Shown: positions 30,957 to 40,530 of the stretch, piece by piece
Position numbering within the stretch: position 1 is the first letter of the stretch
How the letters are laid out: each line of letters starts with the position of its first letter
Source of the DNA: Candidatus Velthaea sp.
GTDB lineage: Bacteria; Vulcanimicrobiota; Vulcanimicrobiia; Vulcanimicrobiales; Vulcanimicrobiaceae
Length of the DNA: 64,000 bases
Reading direction: 5' to 3'
NCBI GenBank assembly: GCA_050012475.1
Contig: JBEKHC010000004.1
Span: 44,297-108,296 of the forward strand
Made by a program: the position numbers and the translations under genes
The notes under the pieces: generated by a model
Databases searched by the model: none
What the model was told of the DNA's origin: nothing
The model's input: the letters and a program-made list of their open reading frames with translations, nothing else

Positions 30957-32042
30957 CTAGACGACGCTGAACTCGCCCGCGAGCAGCCGCGCCTTTTCAT
31001 CGGTCTGCAGCTCGGTGATCAGCCGCGACATATCGCCGTCGAGAATCGTCCGGATGTTTTGAAAGTTCGCGTTGATGCGATGATCGGTGATCCGGTCTTG
31101 CGGGTAATTGTACGTGCGAATCTTCTCGCTGCGGTCGCCGGTACCGACTTGGCTGCGCCGCAGCGAGCCTTCGGCTTCGTCACGGTCGCGGCGCTGTTTG
31201 TCGGCCAGCTGCGCGCGCAGCATTTGCATCGCGCGTTCGCGGTTCTGCAGTTGCGAACGCTCCTCGCTGCACGACACGATGACGCCGCTGGGAACGTGGG
31301 TGATGCGAATCGCCGACTCCGTCTTGTTCACGTGCTGGCCGCCGGCGCCCGAGGCTTTGAACGTGTCGATCTGGAGATCTTTGGGATTGATCTCGATCTT
31401 CGTTTCGGCATCGACTTCGGGCAAGACCGCGACGGTCGCCGTGCTGGTGTGAACGCGGCCGGCGGATTCGGTGACCGGTACCCGCTGTACGCGGTGCACG
31501 CCCGATTCGTATTTGAAGAAGCGGTACGGTTCGTGGTTCTTGACCGCGATGACGACTTCTTTATAACCGCCGGCTTCGTTCTCGTTTTCGGTCAGCAGCT
31601 CGACTTTCATCCGCCGGCTCTCGGCGAACCGCATGTACATGCGCAGCAGATCGCCGGCGAAGATGCCTGCTTCGTCGCCGCCTGCTCCGGCTCGAATCTC
31701 GATGAAGATGTCCTTGCTGTCGTTGGGGTCGCGCGGGAGCATGAGTTCTTGGAGCTGCTCTTCGAGTTCTTTGCGCCGCGCGCGCAGCAGCTTGGCTTCT
31801 TCTTGCGCCAGTTCGGCGAGTTCGGGATCCGTCCGGTCGCCGCCCAGCTCGTCGTTCGCCGCGATCTCGGCCAAGAGTGCTTTGTAGGCCCGAAACGTCG
31901 TGACGGTCTCTTCGATTGCCGCGCGTTCCTTGACCAGTGCGGTAAAGCGGTCTTGATCGAACTCCTCGCTGGGGTGAGCGAGCCCGGCTTCGATCTCGTC
32001 GAATTTCTTGGACAGGGTTTCGAGGCGGTCGGTGAACTGCAT
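30957..32042 (-). CDS. prfA: Peptide chain release factor 1
   Basis: EIRAGAGGDEA, ESGVHRVQRVPVTE (PxT), SGAGGQHVNKT, RSEKIRTYNYPQ. Confidence 0.98.
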   Translation of the reverse strand: MQFTDRLETLSKKFDEIEAGLAHPSEEFDQDRFTALVKERAAIEETVTTFRAYKALLAEIAANDELGGDRTDPELAELAQEEAKLLRARRKELEEQLQELMLPRDPNDSKDIFIEIRAGAGGDEAGIFAGDLLRMYMRFAESRRMKVELLTENENEAGGYKEVVIAVKNHEPYRFFKYESGVHRVQRVPVTESAGRVHTSTATVAVLPEVDAETKIEINPKDLQIDTFKASGAGGQHVNKTESAIRITHVPSGVIVSCSEERSQLQNRERAMQMLRAQLADKQRRDRDEAEGSLRRSQVGTGDRSEKIRTYNYPQDRITDHRINANFQNIRTILDGDMSRLITELQTDEKARLLAGEFSVV

Positions 32043-32067
32043 ACGGACTTTCGCAGAAGCGGCAATG

Positions 32068-32094
32068 AAAAAGCGAGCCGGGACCCGGCTCGCT
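32068..32094 (-). terminator. Intrinsic terminator between rpmE and prfA
   Basis: 10-bp stem AGCGAGCCGG/CCGGCTCGCT followed by a T run on the minus strand. Confidence 0.75.
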
Positions 32095-32114
32095 CCAGAC
32101 CAGCAACCGACTCG

Positions 32115-32390
32115 CTAGACGGCGGCGGCAGCCGCCTCGTCGGCGTCTTTTTTCTGTTTGCGGGCCTTCGCCTCGGCCTTCTTCTTGTCGGCCAGCGCGA
32201 CGCGCTGATTGAATTTGTCGACCCGTCCGGCGGTGTCGATGAACTTCTGTTGCCCGGTGAAGAGCGGGTGGCACGCCGAGCAGATTTCGACCGAGATCGT
32301 CGGCAGCGTCGATCCGGTCGTGAACGTCGATCCGCAAGCGCAGCTGACCTTGGCCTCCGGATACCATTTGGGATGAATCTTGTTTTTCAC
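32115..32390 (-). CDS. rpmE: 50S ribosomal protein bL31, zinc-binding type
   Basis: MKNKIHPKW...VSCACG..F.TGST...[28 protein letters not shown]. Confidence 0.97.
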   Translation of the reverse strand: MKNKIHPKWYPEAKVSCACGSTFTTGSTLPTISVEICSACHPLFTGQQKFIDTAGRVDKFNQRVALADKKKAEAKARKQKKDADEAAAAAV

Positions 32391-32399
32391 AGCTCTCCG

Positions 32400-32408
32400 A
32401 TTGTAGCA
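32400..32408 (-). promoter_or_regulatory. Extended -10 promoter TGcTACAAT, 9 nt upstream of the rpmE GTG
   Basis: Minus strand reads GTGTGCTACAATCGGAGAGCTGTG. Confidence 0.6.
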
Positions 32409-32526
32409 CACGGCGCAACCGCGCCCGGACGGGGCCATTTTTCGCAGCGGCGGTGAGGGATCGGCGGGAGTGAACGTTACCTCCGATGTTGTATTTTCTC
32501 CGGTCACCTCAATTCTAGGAGTCGAT

Positions 32527-33210
32527 TTGAACCTTCGCACGATGGCGTTTGCGGCGGTTGCCCTGACCGCCCTTGGCATGAGCGCCGTCTCGGTCGCGCA
32601 GACCGGGCCGGGGACGCCGCCCCCGCCGCCGGTGCCCGGCGCGACCTCGAGCCCGCTCGTCTCCAGCTCCGCCGTGCCCACGGCGCTGCCGTCGAGCGAG
32701 CCCGCGCCCGTCTCGCCCGTCATGACGCCGACGCCGCCGCCGGGGCCGCTGGCTTCACCGGGCGACCAGCCGTCCGAGTCGCCGTCGCCCGAAGGCCGCC
32801 GCCGCGGGCACCGGGGCGGCGGGGAGGCGGCTTCGCCCGGGCCCAGCCCGACCGATACGCCCGAACCGCCCCAGTTCTCGACCCTCGACGGCGTCTGGGA
32901 GGTCGCGCTCCAGCCGCTGAGCGGAGGCCGCGCCGTCTACTCACACCTGTACATCACCCAGGCGGGGAACACCATCACGGGCACCTGGCGGCGCGATTCG
33001 AAAACCGTGCTGCCGATTACGGGCACCTTCGACGGCCGGCTGTTCAAGATCACGGCCACGGACGGAACGGCGACCCAACTGCTCAGCGGTTACGAGGAGA
33101 ACTACAGCGACATGGTCGGCTTGATCACCGATGGCGACTCCGCGCATGCGGGAACTCCGTTCACCGCCGCCCACCGCAAACGCGAGCACGATAAGACCAT
33201 CGTCCGGTAG
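32527..33210 (+). CDS. Hypothetical secreted protein with Pro/Ser-rich linker and C-terminal beta domain
   Basis: SD AGGAG then TTG; signal peptide ..SVAQ; LDGVW..L.ITQ.G.TITGTW. Confidence 0.75.
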   Translation: MNLRTMAFAAVALTALGMSAVSVAQTGPGTPPPPPVPGATSSPLVSSSAVPTALPSSEPAPVSPVMTPTPPPGPLASPGDQPSESPSPEGRRRGHRGGGEAASPGPSPTDTPEPPQFSTLDGVWEVALQPLSGGRAVYSHLYITQAGNTITGTWRRDSKTVLPITGTFDGRLFKITATDGTATQLLSGYEENYSDMVGLITDGDSAHAGTPFTAAHRKREHDKTIVR

Positions 33211-33216
33211 CAACCG

Positions 33217-34527
33217 ATGGCCAGCCAAGACAGAGCGTTCGGCTTTCGAACGCGCGCGCTGCACGCGGGGACGCCGCCCGATCCGCAAACCGGCGCGCGC
33301 GCCCAGCCGATCTATCTCTCAACGAGCTTCGTGTTCGACTCGACCGAACACGCCGCCGAACTGTTTGCGCTGCGCACGTACGGCAACATTTACTCGCGCA
33401 TCGGGAATCCGACCGTCGCCGCGTTCGAAGAAAAGATGGCCAGCCTCGAAGGCGGCTTGGGCGGCGTCGCGACGGCTTCGGGGCTGGCCGCGCAGCTGAC
33501 CGCGATCCTCGTGCTGGCGCAAGCCGGCGATCATCTCGTCGCGACGGCGAATTTGTACGGCGGCACGATCACCCAATTTTCGGTCACGCTCAAGCGAATG
33601 GGCATCGAGGTTTCGTTCGTCGCGCCGGGTGACCTCGACGCGCTCGCCGGCGCGATCGGGCCGAACACCAAGGCCGTGTACACCGAGACGATCGGCAACC
33701 CGGCCGGTAATGTGGCCGACCTCGAAGCGCTCGCAGCGCTCGCGCATGCCCACGGTCTACCGCTGCTCGTCGACAACACGTTCGCCTCGCCGTTTTTGTG
33801 CCGGCCGATCGAGTGGGGCGCCGACGTCGTCGTCAACTCCGCGACGAAATTCATCGGCGGTCACGGCACCGCCATCGGCGGGATCATCGTCGAATCGGGA
33901 ACCTTCCCGTGGGGCGCGGGAAAGCATCCGCTGCTCTCGACGCCCAGCCCCGGGTATCACGACATGAATTTCGCCGAAACGTTCGGCGAGTTCGCCTATC
34001 TGATGCGCGCGCGCGTCGAAATCTTGCGTGACGTCGGGGCGTGCCTTTCACCGATGAACGCGTTCTTGTTCATACAAGGCCTCGAAACGCTGCCGCTGCG
34101 CATGCCCGCGCACGTCCAAAACGCGCGCACCGTCGCCGAGTTTCTGCAGACGCGTGACGAAGTTGCCTGGGTGGCCTATGCCGGACTGCCCACGGATCCG
34201 TCGTATGCGTTGGCGCGCAAGTATCTGCCCGAGGGAGCCGGGTCGGTGTTCAGCTTCGGCTTGCGCGGCGGCCGCGAAGCGGGCAGCGTCTTCATCGAAT
34301 CACTCGAGTTGTGGTCGCACTTAGCCAACGTCGGCGACGCCAAGAGTTTGGTCATCCATCCCGCGTCGACCACGCATCAGCAGCTCTCCGACGCCGAGAT
34401 GAGCGCGTCGGGCGTGCGCCCGGAGATGATTCGCGTTTCGGTCGGACTCGAAGACGCGGCCGACTTGATTTGGGATCTCGACCGTGCGCTGCAGCGCGCG
34501 GCAGCCGCCGTGAAGGTTCGTGCGTGA
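33217..34527 (+). CDS. metY: O-acetylhomoserine/O-acetylserine sulfhydrylase (MetY/CysD type)
   Basis: F.TRALHAG, GNIYSRIGNPT, NLYGGT, DNTFA, NSATKFIGGHG, HLANVGDAKSLVIHPASTTHQQL. Confidence 0.93.
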   Translation: MASQDRAFGFRTRALHAGTPPDPQTGARAQPIYLSTSFVFDSTEHAAELFALRTYGNIYSRIGNPTVAAFEEKMASLEGGLGGVATASGLAAQLTAILVLAQAGDHLVATANLYGGTITQFSVTLKRMGIEVSFVAPGDLDALAGAIGPNTKAVYTETIGNPAGNVADLEALAALAHAHGLPLLVDNTFASPFLCRPIEWGADVVVNSATKFIGGHGTAIGGIIVESGTFPWGAGKHPLLSTPSPGYHDMNFAETFGEFAYLMRARVEILRDVGACLSPMNAFLFIQGLETLPLRMPAHVQNARTVAEFLQTRDEVAWVAYAGLPTDPSYALARKYLPEGAGSVFSFGLRGGREAGSVFIESLELWSHLANVGDAKSLVIHPASTTHQQLSDAEMSASGVRPEMIRVSVGLEDAADLIWDLDRALQRAAAAVKVRA

Positions 34528-35003
34528 TACTCACGACGGTTGCCGAACGCCGTTCGCTGCTCGCCCGCGCGACGACCGTGGCGCTCGTCGGCGCGTCGAA
34601 CAATCCGGTGCGGCCCAGCTATTTCGTCTTCAGCTATCTGCGCACGAAGGGCACGTTTCGAATCGCGCCGATCAATCCGACGATCGCTGCGATCGACGGC
34701 GTGCGCGCCTATCCGTCGCTGGCGGCCTACGCTGCCGAAAACGGACCGCCCGACATCGTCGACGTCTTCCGCAAGCCGGCCGAGGCGCTCGCGGTCGCGC
34801 GCGAAGCGATCGATGCCGGCGCCAAGGCGATCTGGTTTCAATACGGCGTCATCAACGATGCTGCGATCGCGCTGGCCGATCGTGCCGGTCTCGACGTCGT
34901 CGTCGACCGCTGCATCAAAGTCGAATCGGCGCGCTTCGACGGCGGGTTGGCGATCGGCGGACTCAATAGCGGTCTGATCACCTCGCGTCGCCGTCCGGGC
35001 TGA
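34524..35003 (+). CDS. CoA-binding protein (YccU-like)
   Basis: VALVGASNNP.RPSY.V..YL, PINP, DIVDVFR, AKAIWFQ.G, VV.DRC.KVE; GTGA overlap with metY. Confidence 0.92.
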   Translation: MILTTVAERRSLLARATTVALVGASNNPVRPSYFVFSYLRTKGTFRIAPINPTIAAIDGVRAYPSLAAYAAENGPPDIVDVFRKPAEALAVAREAIDAGAKAIWFQYGVINDAAIALADRAGLDVVVDRCIKVESARFDGGLAIGGLNSGLITSRRRPG

Positions 35004-36088
35004 TGGAGCGCGCGGAAGCGGCCGCGCTCGACGCACGCATCCTGGCGGCGATCGCGGCGTATGCGCTCGATGCGCGCGCATTCGATGAACTCGCGTGCGA
35101 TATCTTTGCCTACCAACTGCGCTGGAATGCGCCCTATGCGGCCTTCGCGCATAGCCGCGGGATATCGCTGCAGCGCCTGCCGCGAACGGCCGCCGAGATT
35201 CCCGCCGTTCCAGCCGCGGCGTTCAAAGAAGCCGTGCTGAGCACCGTCGAGCCCGCCGCAGCAGCGCTGTGGTTCGAGACCAGCGGGACGACCGCGGCCC
35301 ATGCCGGACGGCACTATTTGGCGACCCCGGCACTTTACGAGGCTGCGCTCATCGCCGGTTTCGACCGGGCGATGCTCGCCGACGGCGCGCGTTTACGGTA
35401 CCTGCTGCTCGTGCCCGACGCGCGCCGCGCGCCGCATTCGTCGCTGGGCTTCATGCTCGACCGCATCGCGGCGGCACGCGGCGACGGGCGCGACGGGCGC
35501 TTCGTCGACGGCGACCGCTTCGACGCCGCCGGATTCGTGCGCGCGCTCGAGGGCGCGGTCGCCGACGACGTTCCGGTGTGCATCGCAACGACCGCCTTTG
35601 CGCTCGTTGCCGCGCTGGTCGAACTCGACGCGCGCGGCCGGCGGTTCGTGCTGCCGCGGGGCTCGCGCATGATGGAAACGGGCGGCTTCAAAGGCCGTGC
35701 CCGCGTCGTCGAGCGCGCCGAACTGTACGCCGCGGCCAGCGAGCGCTTCGGACTGCCGGTCGAGGCGATCGTCGCCGAATACGGCATGACCGAACTCTCC
35801 AGTCAGTATTACGATTCGCTCGAAAGCCGCAGCGGGCCGCAACGTTATAAAGCCGGGCCGCCGTGGCTGCGGCCGCTCGTCGTCGATCCGCACGGCGCCC
35901 CGGTCGCGCCCGGCATCGTCGGCGCGATCCGTCACATCGACTGCGCCAACCGCTCTTCGGTCGTCGCGATCGACACGGAAGATCTAGGCGCGCTCACCCC
36001 GTCCGGACTCGTGCTGCTGGGGCGCGAACGCGGCGCCGAGCTGCGCGGCTGTTCGCTCGATGCCGAAGACCTCGCTGCGCGCGCTTAG
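35003..36088 (+). CDS. LuxE-like acyl-protein synthetase
   Basis: IPAVP..AFK, FETSGTT, ETGGFKG, EYGMTELSSQ.Y, PPW, D.AN..S...I.TEDLG, LLGR...AELRGCS (C-terminal acyl-acceptor Cys). Confidence 0.88.
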   Translation: MERAEAAALDARILAAIAAYALDARAFDELACDIFAYQLRWNAPYAAFAHSRGISLQRLPRTAAEIPAVPAAAFKEAVLSTVEPAAAALWFETSGTTAAHAGRHYLATPALYEAALIAGFDRAMLADGARLRYLLLVPDARRAPHSSLGFMLDRIAAARGDGRDGRFVDGDRFDAAGFVRALEGAVADDVPVCIATTAFALVAALVELDARGRRFVLPRGSRMMETGGFKGRARVVERAELYAAASERFGLPVEAIVAEYGMTELSSQYYDSLESRSGPQRYKAGPPWLRPLVVDPHGAPVAPGIVGAIRHIDCANRSSVVAIDTEDLGALTPSGLVLLGRERGAELRGCSLDAEDLAARA

Positions 36089-37292
36089 CGCCGTCGCGAT
36101 CGTCGCCGCGGTTGCCGCCGCCGCCGAACGCTGGAGCAACGCCGACTTCCCGCCGCGCGTGCGCGCAACGGCGGCGATCGAAGCGCGCCTGGGATACAGC
36201 ACGCCGGTCGTCGAGTACGCCCTCGACCGGCTCTTCTTCTCGCTGCGGACCGACGCGCTCGCAGCGGCGATCGCGCACGAACTAGGAACGCTCGCCGCGC
36301 TCGACGGCCCTGTCGAACGCGCCGGCCGTCCGGCGGGGTACGCGCGCGGCGTCGACCGCGTGGTCGTCGTGGCCAGCGATACGACGATCGGCGTTGCGCT
36401 GCTGCCCGCCGTGTACGCGCTGGCCGCAAAATGCACGGTGGTGGTCAAGGATCGCAGCGACGCGCTGGTGAGCGCGTTCTTCGCTTCGCTGGTCGAAGAA
36501 CGGCCCGAGTTCGCGGCCGCGGCGACAGCCCAAAGCTGGACCGGCGGCGACGATCCGCGCGAAGTCGAGCTGCTGGGCGCCGCCGACGTCGTCGTGGCCT
36601 TCGGCAGCGACGCGGCGCTGCGCGCGATCCGTTCGCACGTGCGGCCGGACGCGCGGTTCGTCGGGTTCGGCCACCGCGCAAGCATCGGCTACATCGATGC
36701 CGAGCGCATCCCCGCGCGTTCGCGCGAAACGCTGCTCGAGGGCATCGCCGCCGATGCGTTGCTGTACGACGGCGACGGCTGTCTTTCGCTCCACGCGCTG
36801 TTCGTCGGCGGCGAAGCCGCGGCAAGCGCGGCTTTGGCCGTCGAACTCGCCGCCGCGTTCGAGCGCGTTTCCGTCGAATTTCCCGCCGGGAGCAGCGACC
36901 CGCAACGCGCGGCAGCGGCAGCCGCGTACCGCAACCTGAGCGCGTTTCGCGCAGCCGGCGGACACGGCGCGGTCTACGCTCCGGCCCACGAAAGCGCGAC
37001 GATCGCCTTCGACCCGCCGCGCGACGAACCGCCGCCGTTCTTGCCGCGCGTGCTGCCGGTTTTCCCCGTCCGCGAACCGGCCGAGGCCGTCGAGTATATC
37101 CGCCGGCACCGTTTGCCGGTCGAGGCGTTGGGCGTCAGCGACCCCAACACACCCGAAGCGCTGACGCTGGCCGTCGCGATCGGCGCCGTTCGGGTGGCGC
37201 GGCTGGGCGAGATGCAGGCGCCGCCGGCCGGCGGCCATCACGGCGGCGCACCGCGCATCGCCGACTTCGTGCGCTGGATCGATCGCGATTGA
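36060..37292 (+). CDS. LuxC-like acyl-CoA/acyl-protein reductase (ALDH fold)
   Basis: W.GGD, ADVVVAFGSDAA..AIR, FVGFGHRASIG, DALLYDGDGCLS (catalytic Cys), R...LG.MQ.PP...HHGG. Confidence 0.85.
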   Translation: MPKTSLRALSAVAIVAAVAAAAERWSNADFPPRVRATAAIEARLGYSTPVVEYALDRLFFSLRTDALAAAIAHELGTLAALDGPVERAGRPAGYARGVDRVVVVASDTTIGVALLPAVYALAAKCTVVVKDRSDALVSAFFASLVEERPEFAAAATAQSWTGGDDPREVELLGAADVVVAFGSDAALRAIRSHVRPDARFVGFGHRASIGYIDAERIPARSRETLLEGIAADALLYDGDGCLSLHALFVGGEAAASAALAVELAAAFERVSVEFPAGSSDPQRAAAAAAYRNLSAFRAAGGHGAVYAPAHESATIAFDPPRDEPPPFLPRVLPVFPVREPAEAVEYIRRHRLPVEALGVSDPNTPEALTLAVAIGAVRVARLGEMQAPPAGGHHGGAPRIADFVRWIDRD

Positions 37293-38599
37293 GCGCCGCT
37301 GAGCAACGCTTCGAGCGCATCGTCACTGCCGTTCCGGGTCCGCGCTCGCAGGCGTTGCGCGCCCGGCTCGCGCGCTTCGAGCCCCCGGGCGTCACCTATC
37401 TGGGCGACGCCTATCCGGTGTTTTGGACGAGCGCGGACGGCGCGCTCGTCTGCGACGTCGACGGCAACCGCTACCTCGATCTCACCGCGGCATTCGGCGT
37501 GGCGAACGTGGGACACACCAACGCTCGGGTCGCCGCCGCGATCGGCGCACAAGCGCAGCAACTCATTCATGCTATGGGCGACGTCCATCCCAGCGACGTG
37601 AAAACGCTGCTGCTCGAACGGCTGGCCGAACTCGCGCCCGGCGATTTGCAAAAGACGTACCTCACGACCGGCGGCGCGGAAGCAATCGAGTTCGCCCTCA
37701 AAACGGCGCTGCTCGCCACCGGAAAATCGCGCTTCATCGCGTACCGCGGCGCGTATCACGGCCTGTCGCTGGGCGCGCTCGAAGTCGCCGGCATCCCGAA
37801 GTTCCGCACGCCGTTCGCGAGCTTGATCGGCGACCGTACAACTTGGCTGCGCTTCCCCGAGACGGCAGCCGACCTGGACGGCGCACTAACCGCAGCACGA
37901 ACGACGCTCGAAAACGATCCGCAAACCGCCGCGATCGTCGTCGAGCCGATCCAAGGCCGCGGCGGAGTGATCGTTCCGCCGTGCGGTTTCCTCGCCGGGT
38001 TGCGCAGCCTGTGCGATGCTCGCGGCGTCTTGCTGGTGTTCGACGAGATTTATACCGGCTTCGGCCGCACCGGAACGATGTTCGCCTGCGAACGCGAAGG
38101 CGTGGTCCCCGACTTGCTCTGCATGGGCAAAGCCTTGGCCGGCGGCGTTCCGCTTGCGGCCACCATCGGCCGCGCGGCGGTGATGGATGCGTGGCCCAAA
38201 AGCACCGGCGAAGCGCTGCACACGGCTACCTTCGCCGGCAATCCCCTTGCCTGTGCTGCCGCACTCGCAACCATCGACGAACTCGTTCGGCTCGACCTCG
38301 TCGCTCGCGTCCGGGCGCGCGCCGCGGCGTTCGCGCAGCGTCTGCAGCACTTCTTGAGTCATCATCCCGGCGTTGTAGCCGTTCGCGGCACCGGCTATCT
38401 GCACGCCGTAGAGTTCGCAACGCCCGGCATCGCGAACAAGATCGTCGTCGAGGCACTCGCACGAGGAGTCATCGTTTTGCAATCCGGCCCAACCGGCACG
38501 TCGATCACGTTCGCACCGCCGTTGGTCATCGGCGACGATCAGCTCGCGCGCGCACTCGACATCGTCGAATCGTGCGTACCGAGCGGAGGTTCGGCATGA
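37289..38599 (+). CDS. Class III PLP-dependent aminotransferase (omega-transaminase)
   Basis: DVDGNRYLD, GAEAIE.ALK, GAYHG, VEPIQGRGG, FDEIYTGFGRTG, PDLLCMGKALAGG, TFAGNPLAC; TTGA overlap with the LuxC-like gene. Confidence 0.94.
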   Translation: MSAAEQRFERIVTAVPGPRSQALRARLARFEPPGVTYLGDAYPVFWTSADGALVCDVDGNRYLDLTAAFGVANVGHTNARVAAAIGAQAQQLIHAMGDVHPSDVKTLLLERLAELAPGDLQKTYLTTGGAEAIEFALKTALLATGKSRFIAYRGAYHGLSLGALEVAGIPKFRTPFASLIGDRTTWLRFPETAADLDGALTAARTTLENDPQTAAIVVEPIQGRGGVIVPPCGFLAGLRSLCDARGVLLVFDEIYTGFGRTGTMFACEREGVVPDLLCMGKALAGGVPLAATIGRAAVMDAWPKSTGEALHTATFAGNPLACAAALATIDELVRLDLVARVRARAAAFAQRLQHFLSHHPGVVAVRGTGYLHAVEFATPGIANKIVVEALARGVIVLQSGPTGTSITFAPPLVIGDDQLARALDIVESCVPSGGSA

Positions 38600-39648
38600 C
38601 CTATAAAGTCGGCATCGTCGGCAGCGGGTTCGGCGGCAGCGTTCACGCCCCGGCCTTCAACCTGCACCCGGCATTCGAGGTCGTTGCCCTAGCCTCGCCG
38701 GCCAACGCCGAACGGGTCGCCCGCGAACGCAACATTCGCCACGCGTTCACTTCGCTGGATGCCTTACTGCGCGAAGTCAAAGTCGACGTCGTCGCGGTCG
38801 CTTCGCCGCCGTACGACCACCATGGATCGGTGCTGCGCGCGCTGGCTGCCGGCAAACACGTGCTGTGCGAGAAACCGTTTACCCTCAACGTCGCTCAAGC
38901 CGAAGAACTCGTCGCCGCTGCGCAGCGCGCCGGAACGGCTTGCGCGCTGGCTCACGAGTTTCGCTACGCGCCTGCGGAAACAACGCTCAAGGCGCTCATC
39001 GCCGACGCAAAGATCCGCGCCATCCGGCAGATCGAGATCACCCGCTTCGGCAACGAACTGCGCGCCGACGCGCAACGCCCGCGCTCGACGTGGTGGTTCT
39101 CGCGCGAACGCGGCGGCGGCGTAGCGAACTCGGTGATGCCGCACCTCGTGGATCTCGCGAACTGGTACGCCGGACGCGCTCCGGCACGCGTCGTCGGCTA
39201 CGGACGCACCGTTCACCCGCTGCGGAACGACGAAGCGGGCGAGTTCTCCAGCGACGTCTTCGACGGCGCGTTCGCCCTGCTCGAGTACGGCTCGCGCCTA
39301 ACCGCGCGCATCACCAACGACAGCACGACGAGCATGAATCAGTGCACGCTCGCGCTCCACGCCGAAGACATCAGCGTCGTCGCCAACGGGGAGGGGCTCA
39401 TCGACATGCGCCTGTTCTCCGTCGAACCCGACGAACAAAGCGAGTTCGAGCTTTCGCCCTCACCGTATGCAAAATACGCGTCGGTCGGGCCCAACATCCC
39501 GCCGTTTCTTTCGCTGCTCGACGACTTCGCCCAACGCATTACCGACGGCGGCGGCACTGCCCCAACGTTCGCCGAAGCCCTCGCAACCCAGCGCGTCCTC
39601 GCCGCGATCGGCTACGAAGTCCCCGCCTTCGAACTCCGCGACCGCTGA
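38596..39648 (+). CDS. Gfo/Idh/MocA family NAD(P)-dependent oxidoreductase
   Basis: KVGIVGSGFG, VDVVAVASP, AGKHVLCEKP, HEFRY, GGG.....HLVDL; ATGA overlap. Confidence 0.93.
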   Translation: MTYKVGIVGSGFGGSVHAPAFNLHPAFEVVALASPANAERVARERNIRHAFTSLDALLREVKVDVVAVASPPYDHHGSVLRALAAGKHVLCEKPFTLNVAQAEELVAAAQRAGTACALAHEFRYAPAETTLKALIADAKIRAIRQIEITRFGNELRADAQRPRSTWWFSRERGGGVANSVMPHLVDLANWYAGRAPARVVGYGRTVHPLRNDEAGEFSSDVFDGAFALLEYGSRLTARITNDSTTSMNQCTLALHAEDISVVANGEGLIDMRLFSVEPDEQSEFELSPSPYAKYASVGPNIPPFLSLLDDFAQRITDGGGTAPTFAEALATQRVLAAIGYEVPAFELRDR

Positions 39649-39696
39649 CGCACAATCGCACCGAGCGACGTCCGCGCGTGACGCTGGCTGGTCGAC

Positions 39697-39954
39697 TCAC
39701 ATAGCGGTGGTCATCGATTTGTCGCGCGCTTCGCCTTGGGTTACGTTTTGCAGGCGCTCGAGCAACATCTCGATTTCAGACCCGGTCTTGGCCGCCAACC
39801 AGCTCTCGACGGCGCAATCGCGGTCCGACATCGTTGCGCCCAGGCGCTTGAAATTCGAGTCGATATACTTCGTGTTGTAGTTGGCTTTGCCTAAGAGCAA
39901 AATGGCGCGCCCGATTTGTTTGGGCGTAGCTTTCTTGGCCATTCGTGTTGCCAT
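39697..39954 (-). CDS. Small hypothetical protein (85 aa)
   Basis: SD GGAAGGA and an upstream extended -10 TGgTAGTCT; ATPKQ..T..EI..LL..L helical pattern. Confidence 0.65.
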   Translation of the reverse strand: MATRMAKKATPKQIGRAILLLGKANYNTKYIDSNFKRLGATMSDRDCAVESWLAAKTGSEIEMLLERLQNVTQGEARDKSMTTAM

Positions 39955-40530
39955 GAACTTGGTGTCCTTCCAGCTACCGCGGCCCGCCAGCCGCTTTTCT
40001 GAGATTTAAGAAGACTACCACAAAATGCAGTCGAGGGGTAAAGTAAGCCCATTATTTTGAGCTTGCCTATTTGAGCCTTAAGACGAGTTTTCGCTCTCCA
40101 GACTACTAGGCTCGAGGACGCCGTCCTGAGGGTTGATCGGCTGACCGGGGTCGCCAAGCCGACGGGGTTCAGAGCGGCGCGAGAATCGCCGCGGGACGTC
40201 TCGGACGGAACGTCGGCGAACGCCGTCGCCACGCCGGCTGGCTTCCAGCTCGGCTTCTCTACCCGATCGTAGACGGCGGGCGTCGAGTAAGCCCTGCCAC
40301 TATTTGCGGTAGAATGCAAGGACAAAATTGGCCCGATGGACTATCCCGGAGCTGTCTACGAGAAAGCCCGCGGGCTCGCGGGCGCCGACTGGGCGAATCA
40401 GACGCGCGGCTAACCGATCCCGTCGTTGCCCAGCAAACGACGGGTCCGCGGGTCGCAACGATCTCGCCCATCTTCCGGGCAAGCCAGCCAACCACTTGCG
40501 GCTCCGTCGCGGGCCCGCCGCCCGTCTGCG

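Noticed and set aside
33100..33217. SAM riboswitch or T-box upstream of metY
   Set aside because: Only 6 nt separate metY from the upstream CDS; no motif seen.
35003..37292. Bioluminescence (lux) operon
   Set aside because: No luxA, luxB, luxD or luxG in the window; only LuxE- and LuxC-like genes, in a different context.
36431..38595. Long N-terminal extensions of the aminotransferase and oxidoreductase in the ORF track
   Set aside because: Arg-rich off-frame overlap with upstream genes; the real starts are at the coupled TTG 37289 and ATG 38596.
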